Shown: in pieces, positions 1 to 8,514 of the stretch
How positions within the stretch are numbered: the first letter of the stretch is position 1
Layout of the letters: each line of letters opens with the position of its first letter
Assembly (NCBI RefSeq): GCF_006345805.1
Contig: NW_021825554.1
Span: forward strand, 1-14,979
DNA: 14,979 nt
Direction: 5' to 3'
From: Octopus sinensis
Taxonomy: Eukaryota
Made by a program: the position numbers and the translations under genes
The notes under the pieces: model-generated
Database searches by the model: none
What the model was told of the DNA's origin: nothing
The model's input: only the letters and a program-made list of their open reading frames with translations

Positions 1-1
1 C

Positions 2-260
2 AAATCTTCTGAAGAAATCGCAGATTTATTCCAAAGAATTTTTTATTATTCGGGCCTCCGCTTATTCTACACACTGATATGGAAGGGAATTAGCCTATGA
101 TTCACTGGATTATCAGAGGCACGAGAAAGTGCATTAGAAAACTTAATTATTGCTGGCGAAAAAATGATTGAAAAAAGAAAATGGAGATACGACGAAGAAA
201 TATCAATGTCGGAACGACTGTGCTTTTAAGGTCTCAAGCGTCAAATTAATTTTAGACAGG
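2..260 (+). mobile_element. Degenerate DDE integrase remnant, Ginger/KRBA2-SCAND3-like (pseudogene, runs off the window start)
   Basis: Joining frames gives KSSEEIADLFQRIF..FGPPLILHTD(N)GRE, matching the integrase-core motif IFxxFGxPxILxxDNGxEF. Two 1-nt deletions are needed (~45, ~79). Further on are ARESALENLIIAGEKM and NVGTTVLL, which resemble the C-terminal part of this family. Confidence 0.5.
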
Positions 261-546
261 ACAACGATGCCAATGTTCGGCAGTATCCGCTGTACGATGG
301 ACTTGATGTTAATAAGTATATTGTTGTCGAGCGAAGAAATGATCTCTATGTTATCGAAAGGAGGACGGTGAGCGGTTACACGGAATTCATATTTCTCGAT
401 TAGCTAAAATGATTAATTTTCATAAATCCATAATAAAATAATTTTTTATTTTAATAACATAAATTTTATATGAACAATTTATTAGGATAACCTAAAATGG
501 AATAAAATATTCAAACGTATAAGTTAACTGCGTAAATTGAGTGTGG

Positions 547-564
547 TTATTATTATTATTATTA
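547..564. repeat. (TTA)6 microsatellite
   Basis: ttattattattattatta read directly. Confidence 0.9.
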
Positions 565-943
565 TGAAGCACTTTCGGAAAAGTCATAAGTTAATTAAGC
601 TTTCCTTGTTGCCACCATTGAAATTCTCCTTAACCGCGATGTTTCCCGTCCATTACTCTTTATGCGGACTTCTGAATAGTTGCACATCAGAATAAAAAAC
701 ACTGGGAAATCTTAAACCTAATTCACAAAAGAGCAAGATAAGTCTCGACATTGAAAAAATTGAAATTATTATTAATTTGAATTGACAACAGAATTATTAA
801 GATTGCATTTACGAGAATACCTTTATTGACTTTTCTAAAGATAGTTGCCGAATGCTGATTCCTCCTTCGATGCCGTGATAAAAGATGTGAGTCATTTCAG
901 AAACGGGAACGGTCTTTTTTGACGTGAACGATTTAATTCTTGG

Positions 944-2215
944 TTATTTTGTAATCCAATTTAATTTATCTAAATCAGACATGCTCAAATCCGAAGATTC
1001 AACTTCGTTAGATGGCCGAGACAATATTATTGGATACCCCATCAGATCAGAAGAACATTTTACCAAATAAAGTCCAGTTTTATCAGCAGGTTTTTGGTGT
1101 GTTTCCTAATATTTATTCGATCTCTTAAACATCACAACCATGGATAGCATTCCATTAATGAAGGCAGCGCAAATTGACTCAATATTCCTTACATTTCGAA
1201 GTAATTTAACATAAACGTCTTCAACAACGACTCCGACTATAAAATAATTTTGCCAATATCCGCTGAGAAATAAGTCCATAACCAGCATCTTTCCGAATCA
1301 CAGTCATTCTGGCAGCTCCAAAACTCCAATCCATGTCATGATAAACTAATTAAAATGACTTTTACAGTAAAAACAAAATTTTAGACAATCAAAATACCTG
1401 TCCTATTTTCGAACAAATCAAAGTACAGTAAATTATTGGACGCCGAAATTTTAGCCTGAGACAGATAGTTTAATCAGTAATACAGAGGCTATGGCATCCT
1501 TCATTGAAGGTCTTGTCTCTGTTGCATATCCTGTCGAATAAACAGAATGAAAATACCGACGTCCCCCCTACAATTTCCCACCGCGACATAACTCGATACC
1601 AGTTTGCTCGTCCCAAAGAAGTCATTGTATAAAACCTTCTCGACTTTTTATATTTTGAAATAAAATACCATTAAAATTACACTTTTTAGGTCTGGAATCA
1701 CTTCTATAGAAGTAATAATAATTTAAACCGTTATTTTCGTCAGAACAAGCCGGCTGAGTTTCCAACAAGGCGGTTTCCGCTGAATCCACGATTTAATGGA
1801 TTTGTGAATTTTCCGGAAAAACCTGACTTTCGAAGGTCGGCACGGCTAAATTGTCTTTCCGAAACTTTAAGCGAATTTTTCTTCCCAAACTCAGGATCGG
1901 AGAATTGTGAAAAGTCAATGTCCTGTTTAGACAAGTCTGGAAATTTTACCCATGTTTGCCTGCATAGTAATGTTACTTTATAAACCAATCCATCCAAATT
2001 TTTGACCAGTGTTAAGATCCAGTACTTTTTGATCATCTTCCCCCTCTCCTTTCTTTAAACAGCTGGGCTTACTGAGGTCACTGTTTTCCAGAGATCTTCT
2101 GAATTTGCTGAATATTTATTATTTTATCAATTTATGATATACATCTGTCGAAAAAAGAACTTCTATCTATGCATGTGGTGGTGATATTTTTATGTTGAAT
2201 GTTTCTTAAAGACAT
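944..2215 (-). pseudogene. MRPS5: Mitochondrial ribosomal protein S5 (uS5m), frameshift-disrupted, 8 introns retained
   Basis: The reconstructed product contains SFFDRSNSEDLWKTVTSVSPA, DLNTGQKFG, PLNRGFSGNRLVGNSAG, TMTSLGR..YRV.VAVGNCRGDVGY, FENRTVYHD, GYGLISQRIL, EDVYVK and ETHQKPADKTGLYLV, colinear with animal MRPS5 motifs (SFFTKLTADELWK, DLNRGQIIG, RGWSGNSWGG, VLVAVGNGKG, YEDHTIFHD, GYGLRCHR, ETHQQLADKKGLHVV). GT-AG introns: 2108-2142, 1960-1985, 1704-1728, 1644-1668, 1531-1556, 1456-1483, 1346-1397, 1106-1138. Frame breaks at ~2059 (TAA 2055-2057), ~2028-2048 (compensated), ~1950 (TAA 1946-1948), ~1743 (TGA 1740-1742), ~1588 and ~1242. The 3' end at TAA 944-946 is uncertain. Confidence 0.9.
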
Positions 2216-2334
2216 GTTTTTTTCAATGATCCACAAGGAACAAACTTTCAACATTACTACTATTAATTAAACACATATAATTATTAATTTGAAAAAATTA
2301 AAATCAACAATATTAGATCAGTTTTCTAGCTTAT

Positions 2335-2905
2335 CGGAGACCTAGTCGCCATCCGCCAGAATTCAGATCTCCGCCCTCTTGAGGACATTGCTCAGAAACA
2401 AGGAGCACATAGAGCTCAGTTAACCCATTTCACCGAGACTTTGACCCTTCCTCGAGATGGAGGTAGATCCATACCGGGATGTCTCGCAGTTCTTTTCAAT
2501 CTGGAAGAAGGACCAGGATGGCAAGTAGAAGGAGCAGAAAGTGAGATTGGCTGACTTTGTTGCCGCCATCATGACATCTTGGAAGATGGAAAGCAGCCCC
2601 TTCAGAGAGGTGTTGGTGCGTACAAGTTTGCGAAGAACTTAATGATGGCTTGCCGATATTTCACTATGCCTGAAGCAGAAAAGAGGGCTCTGGCGGAAGA
2701 ACTACGAAGGCACCGAGATTCGAGCATTATTCCGCGATCCTCTAGCAACATCGGCGAAATACAGTGAAGATCTTCTATGGGTATGTCGGATTTCCTCGCT
2801 TCCACACAATCAACCTGGAGATGGTTCATGAGTTCATCGTCTCTGGCGTGCTTTCCCAAGCGGCTAGACCAGCTGGTTCTCAGGCCTCTTCAGCACCTTT
2901 AGTTA
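2335..2905 (+). other. GC-rich, intronless, decayed coding-like island of unknown origin
   Basis: Sampled 60-nt lines are about 48-53% GC against about 25% just upstream. Protein-like peptides alternate between + frames (FLEMEVDPYRDVSQFFSIWKKD; VRLADFVAAIMTSW; YKFAKNLMMACRYF; KIFYGYVGFPRFHTINLEMVHEF) and are separated by stops and frameshifts. No family recognised. Confidence 0.4.
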
Positions 2906-2970
2906 GTCTTATTATTTTCTTTTTCCTGACATCTTGGTCATTAATGAGACTTCATTCAGCACCTTTAGTT
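2889..2970. repeat. 16-bp direct repeat TTCAGCACCTTTAGTT (2889-2904 and 2955-2970)
   Basis: Exact match read directly; the copies are 66 nt apart. Confidence 0.9.
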
Positions 2971-3000
2971 TTTGATCAATAAACCAGTGTTTCTCAACGT

Positions 3001-3076
3001 TGGGCCCCAGGCCCACTTGTGGGCCTGAGAAATTTTGAAATGGGCCTGAAGATTTAATTGGGCCTGGAGTGGGCCT
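3001..3076 (+). repeat. Left subterminal TGGGCC(T) motif array of the transposon
   Basis: TGGGCC at 3001, 3020, 3041, 3059 and 3070, plus an inverted AGGCCCA at 3009-3015. The same motif occurs at the right end at 5098 and 5128. Confidence 0.85.
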
Positions 3077-3208
3077 CAAAGAAAATATGTTAATACTAAT
3101 ACTAATAAATCTTTATTCGTTATTATTTTCAAATTGATTTGATTTGTTTTTAATTTAATGATATTGTCATATTTAAATTTAAATATTATAGGCCTGATTG
3201 TATAGTTC

Positions 3209-5031
3209 ATGTCAAAAGTACACAAGGAAAAAAGGAAGACTACACGCAAATACCAGACTGATTTTTTATTACTAGGCTTCATCCCATCAAGTGCTGATTC
3301 TAAGAGGCCTGAATGTGTGGACTGTGGCTTAGTAATGACAAATGTTTCCATGAAGAAATCAAAATTGTTCGCCCATCAACAGTTGAAGCATCCTGCTTCT
3401 GTTGGAAAGGAGCGCAGCTATTTCAGGAAGAAAGTGGAGTTACGCCAAAAGAATGCTCCAAAAACTTTAGAATTCTGCTTAAAAAAAGCAAATGAGCATA
3501 ATAACAAGACACTAAAAGTCAGTTATGCAGTGAGTGAACTGGTTGCTAAGGTGGGGAAGCCACATACAATTGCAGAACGTCTGGTGAAGCCAGCAATGTT
3601 GATCTGTGCTAAAGAACTGCTAGGAGAACAGGCTGCCAACATTCTACAAAAAATCCCATTGTCTAATGACACAGTGAAGAGAAGGCAAATTGAAATGGCA
3701 GAAAACCTCGAGAAACAGCTTGTGGAAAAATTAAAAGTTTCTAAGTTCTCACTACAAATTGATGAGACAACAATCAACAATTCTGCCTTATTACTTACTT
3801 ATGTCCGATATATTGATGCAATGGCAATTCATGAAGAAATGTTATTTATAAAAAAGTTGATTGACACACGAAGCGACACTATATATGCGGCTGTTTACGA
3901 CTATCTGTACGATAATGGGATCCCTCTGTCAAATCTGTTGCAGATTGCAACAGACGGTGCCAGCGCTATGACCGGCAAACAGAATGGCTTTGTAGCTAAA
4001 TTAAAAAAAGTTGCCCCTCATATATTGGCAATTCATTGCATCATCCATCGAGAACATCTTTGTGCTAAATCTCTCAATGATGACATGGAACATGCATTGA
4101 AAGTCGCTGTTTCAACAGTGAATTTTGTCAAAGCCAATGCTTTGCATGACCGCCTATTTCAACATTTATGTGAACATGAGGACCACCAGAGACTCCTCAT
4201 GCACACTGAAGTGAGATGGCTTTCCAAAGGAAATTCCCTAGTTCGTCTTGCTGAAATGTGGGATATGGTTCTTATTTTTGTTCATGACATGAAAACACAA
4301 GCTTGTAGCAAGAAGCAGAAAGATAAAGCTGAGACTTTGTTTTCAGTGATAAATAACAACGATACAAAAGCAAGGATTTTTTACCTGGCTGACTTATTCG
4401 CACATGTCAACCAACTGAACATGACACTGCAAGGGCGAAATGCTAATCTGATAGATAGTGCTGAGAAAGTACGCTCTTTTTTGAACAAGTTATGTCTCTG
4501 GAAGATGCATCTTCAAAAAAATGAATTTGCTTATTTTTGTAATTTTGCCAAAACTGCTCCGAGCTCAGAAGTAATCGCAAGCTGCACTGACCACTTGAAA
4601 TGCTTGAAAGAAGATATGACTAGAAGATTTAAAGATATCATCGAAATGAATCCGCCTAGTTGGATTATAGATATAGCACATTTTGACGTATTAAGTGAAA
4701 AAGACATTGATCCTATTATTGCTGGAGAACTTCTTGAACTGAAGGAGAACAAAGTATTAATGAAAAATATTGAAAGGGATGGCTTATATGGATGGATGAA
4801 AGTAGAATCGATTCATCCATTACTCTTTGAAAAAGTTGTTCCGTTTGTACTTGGCTTTCCCACCACTTGGTTGGTTGAGACAGGATTTTCTGCAACAAAC
4901 GATTTACTCACAAAAAACGCAATCAATTGCAGATTGAGAAGAGAGGAGACTTACGTTTGAGGTTGAACCAAGATCTGGAAATTCAACTTGACAAATTGAT
5001 AGATAGACATCAAGAGCAGTGTAGTCATTGA
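3209..5031 (+). CDS. Buster-type hAT transposase (ZBED5/SCAND3-like). The given 583-aa ORF stops at 4960; the conserved C-terminus lies in the -1 frame and ends at 5031
   Basis: BED-like zinc finger (RPECVDCG...HQQLKH), catalytic D motifs LQIDETT and IATDGASAM, CxxH motif HCIIHREHL, EVRWLSKG, and catalytic E in WLVETGFS. After the A6 run (4912-4917) the -1 frame reads RNQLQIEKRGDLRLRLNQDLEIQLDKLIDRHQEQCSH*, the usual hAT C-terminal dimerisation tail ending in a QxSH-like motif. Confidence 0.93.
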
Positions 5032-5642
5032 CATTTTAATAAGATTTTTATGTTAATAAAAATACTTTTTTGTTAATCAAAGTTTTATTAAAGGCAATGG
5101 GCCTGAGATTTTATATGACCCTGAAAATGGGCCTCAGGGAAAAAAAGGTTGAGAAACACTGCAATAAACGACATTTCATTCCCAATTCCATAGAGGATTA
5201 AGTATTCCGAAACTTTGTCTTAAGCTAAAAACTTAATGCTCTGGAATTGAATTTAAATAACCGTATTGTTCTCATATAGTGCTACCTGACTAATGCACTA
5301 ATAGCTTAAACATGGTTTGTAGGAAAATTATACTTTAGCCAGCTAATTTAATTAGTCTCGTGGAATTTATTTGAACAGGTGAACCCTCGCAATTTGGCCA
5401 CCGTTTAAATCAATGATTTTGATGCTATGTTGGTTTGCGGGGAATCGCGATCGTCAAAATAATAAAGAAAAATTTATTAATTTAAGATATTTATTGAAGA
5501 GATCAACAAAAGAACTTCAGAATCTAATTTTATTGAAATTTATTTATATTTTTAAAACTTTTCAGCCTTGGCGTCTCACAGCTCTGGAATGTGACAAACT
5601 ATTTTTTACTAAAAAATAAGATTATAAAAATTCATTTATTCG

Positions 5643-5672
5643 AAAAATTGTCCCGATAGGAACTCGAATCCT
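5643..5672 (-). pseudogene. tRNA-like 3' half (T-arm, acceptor strand, T5 tract); possible tRNA or SINE remnant
   Basis: The minus strand reads AGGA-TTCGAGT-TCCT-ATCGGGACAA-TTTTT: a 4-bp stem with a 7-nt TTCGA loop followed by a Pol III-like T run. The invariant G53-C61 pair is absent and no 5' half is recognisable. Confidence 0.3.
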
Positions 5673-5683
5673 TGAATTTTCTA

Positions 5684-5720
5684 CTATGCCCAAGATATGA
5701 AGCTATGCCCAAGATATGAA
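5684..5720. repeat. Tandem duplication of CTATGCCCAAGATATGAA (period 19)
   Basis: 5684-5701 and 5703-5720 are identical. Confidence 0.95.
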
Positions 5721-5890
5721 TAAAATTCTTTAGAACTTCATTCTTTAAAGTAATTCTGCACCTTCTACTAAATATCTGTTTCCCTATTAGTGCTGTTGTA
5801 ACGTGACCCCTTGTGCAGAAAGAGTTTGGGCATGTCCTCTGATATCAGAAAATAAACGCAAATCAAAACTCGAGAAATACGAAAAAATTA

Positions 5891-7097
5891 TTAATGTATC
5901 GTAGACAACTTTGTAACAATGCAAACGCGAAAAGACTGGTCAAAAGATGTGGCAAGAGCCAACCCCTGCATTCCCCGACACCACTGAAAACTCGCAATAG
6001 TTGAGTCGCCAATGTAACATTCTGCAACAAATCAAGACTTCCGGCACATCCAGTTGTATTACCATTTCCATCGTCAATAATTCTTTTTTGAGGATATTTA
6101 CTAATCATTTTTATAAAAAAAATAATAACTATTTCCAAAGATACAGAGATCCTGACCCTCCACTAGTCATAAAAATTTCCCGATTTTGAGGCAAATGACG
6201 AAGTGTCCATAAAGTTGATTTGAGCCTAAATTCTATTAAAGATGTAAATTACTGTTTCTGTTAAAGAAGCAAAACTGTTCGATTTTGCACTTTCTGTCCT
6301 CATGTCAAAACATGGAACTTAGACTCCAGAGTAGTCACAGCCAATTTGTTCATACAAATGTCCTTCCTGTCGAATTCGACACAACACACTCCGTTTTTTA
6401 CATTTGTTTCCCAACGAAGTGCCATGGCACGTAAATCAAACAATTTTACGTCTCCGTTGTCAAATCCTGCACAAAGACCCCGATCACTCTCATTATATGC
6501 ATTTCCTCCATTTTAAAAACTTAATAAAAATACCGAATGCTAACGCCCACAATCTCGACGTTTTTCATCGAGGGATGGCTCCATCGACACAACCGGAGAA
6601 TCAGGCTGACGAGGATCCCACACTTTTACAGTCCCGTCTCGACTGCAGGTAGCTATTTCCGCTGCTCCCTCTCCTATTCCAGGCCGCCAACACCGTCCGT
6701 CGACCATATTTATGATCTCTGAATGTGCTTTTACGGAATAAACGAAGAATCGATTCTTTCCATATCCCTTGAAAAGTTATAATTCCATAGTAAGACCAGA
6801 TATCTAACGTTCCGTTAAGTCCCCGGTAGCTAGATGTTGTTTTCCTAATGCAGAAGCACCGAAAGACGAGCATCGAAGAGAGACAGGCTTGCTGACCTTA
6901 GAAAGTTAAAAAAATAAAATTACTTCTTGTACAAGTACAGCGTCCATGTTCTCCATTTCGTAAATACTAATTATTCCGTCCCCCTTTGGTTGACTGCCGA
7001 TGATGGAAAATTTGGTGGTATCTGGAATCCATTGGCCGTCATAAATAGTGTAGTTCAATGATTTTTGAACGTGAAGGATTATTTGTGGCTTCTCCAT
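5891..7097 (-). pseudogene. WDR92: WD repeat protein 92 (DNAAF10/Monad), frameshift-disrupted, 5 introns retained
   Basis: The reconstructed product is colinear with animal WDR92: MEKPQIILHVQKSLNYTIYD, HLATGD(F)[75 protein letters not shown](P)IASF, SFDQSFRVCIVTKL. Introns: 6897-6923, 6768-6796, 6506-6533, 6226-6252, 6101-6129. Indels at ~6817, ~6744, 6694-6701 (GACG duplication), ~6680, ~6549, ~6308, ~6221 (-2) and ~6000. Confidence 0.93.
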
Positions 7098-7389
7098 GTC
7101 CAGTAAACAATGCAAGTTTAAAAGTGATATTTACATAGAAACACTTTTATTTGAAATTTCTATTAAATATTATCAAAAATAAAAAAAAACATATATCCAT
7201 GATCCATATGTGAGGGTGAGTTTTGCATAGGTCTCATATAGTCTGAGGAAAAGAGACAATTATACAGAAATTTTTTAATCCAAGTTCTCATAAGCTTTTC
7301 CAAGGTCACCATAGATTACAATTTTCTTTTCGCCATGTCTTTCGGTGTCTTGAAGAAAAAAGCCAGGTTTCTTTGTCATTCTCTGCCGT

Positions 7390-7745
7390 TCTTGATCATC
7401 CAACATCTATACTTATAATAATTTTTCTGATCTCATAATATTGATTCTATGTATACTAAATAGGAATGGGAATAACTATTCTCCTGGTGGTGTGCAAAAT
7501 ACATTTATGACACCATGGGATGTAGTGTTGCTAATAAGAACTTTTGTTATAAATAGAAAAACCTGAATCCGAGTGTATGAGTTTATATCCAAAAAACTAC
7601 TGTGTACTTATATCAGTTTTCCGTGACTTACAGTGTCAAAAGCCGAAGTAAGACTAATTCCAAGAATAGTTATAGATTTTCTAAACATTCTGGGACACCA
7701 AAATACATTATCTGTGATTCCCCAGTCTGAAAACCGCTCTGACTC
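7390..7745 (-). mobile_element. Heavily decayed non-LTR (LINE-type) reverse transcriptase relic; may extend to ~8030
   Basis: One minus frame carries SAFDTVSHGKL (to 7614), ISNTTS, PPGE*LFPFLF (from 7490) and MLDD (from 7406). The spacings of 51 and 28 codons match KAFDTVxH...PQGSxLSPLLF...YADD. QSGF at 7730-7741 lies in another frame. Several in-frame stops. Confidence 0.6.
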
Positions 7746-8514
7746 TAAACTAGAGAATATTTAAAGCCCCTTGGATCCAACTAAGTATAATTAAGACAAG
7801 GAATTTTCGTATATTGGTCAATATATAACAGGCGAATTTTTTATACTAGTCCCGCGGTTAAGTTTCTAGATTGGTATTAGTAGTCTATATCCAAAAAACC
7901 ATTTAGCATTTCTGCTGATAATCTCTTTGTTAATGATTATCGAAACTTGAACATTTCTAAAATTCCCGTTAAATTTTCGATGGGGTAATATTCAAGTAAT
8001 TTTGATAGGATTTTATCTGGTACTATAGAATGTTCAGTTTATTTATTGAATACTTTAAATATACGGGAATAAAGAATGCAGAAAACGATTTTAAATATAA
8101 AAATAAATAAAAGTAAAGAATTCTGTGTTTAAGCGCCGCTTTTTTTAGGGAAATTAACTTTCGTTCCTCAAAGTTTGTTTTCAAACTGAAAATTTTTTTA
8201 AAAAGTTTTCTTCTAAATTTATTTATTGTTAAGTGAAGTCTTTTTAAATACTGGCTTTATGTAACCGCACATACACACGGAATCCTTGCAATCATAGGCT
8301 ACTTAAGTCATAAGAGAAAGCTAAGTTGCTTTCTGTGGAAAGAGTTAAGGCATTGGTTTTTGATATTCTTCATGTTACAACTGTTTCTCAAATTTAATTA
8401 CCCTTTTATTACTCCAAACAATGATTTTTACTATAAAAATTATTTATATAATTATTTTATTTTAATTAATAATTGAATGACTAGTAAAATGCTGTCTTGC
8501 TCACGTTATTATTG

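Larger units (their letters stand above)
2985..5161 (+). mobile_element. Full-length hAT-superfamily DNA transposon, Buster group (2177 bp)
   Basis: Perfect 14-bp TIRs CAGTGTTTCTCAAC (2985-2998) and GTTGAGAAACACTG (5148-5161). 8-bp target-site duplication CAATAAAC (2977-2984 and 5162-5169) with the central TA typical of Buster elements. Internal transposase ORF. Confidence 0.97.

Noticed and set aside
1346-1397. The 52-nt MRPS5 intron as two fused 26-nt introns (recursive splicing)
   Set aside because: There is no AG/GT junction at the midpoint; the length is probably coincidental.
2053-2072. A 20-nt GT..AG stretch that would splice out the first MRPS5 stop
   Set aside because: It would delete the conserved VSxAGxK segment and cannot fix the downstream frameshifts.
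3001-3076. Regularly spaced TGGGCC repeats resembling a mini CRISPR array
   Set aside because: The repeats are only 6-7 nt, lie inside a hAT terminus, and the DNA is eukaryotic; they are explained as subterminal motifs.
5413-5619. 68-aa ORF downstream of the transposon
   Set aside because: It is low-complexity AT-rich sequence with no motif or splice support.
944-7097. Stop-codon reassignment (ciliate-type code) as the reason for interrupted ORFs
   Set aside because: The interruptions are frame changes, not in-frame sense stops. TGA, TAG and TAA each terminate genes here (SLC35A, ATG8, WDR92), and the intact genes need no readthrough.
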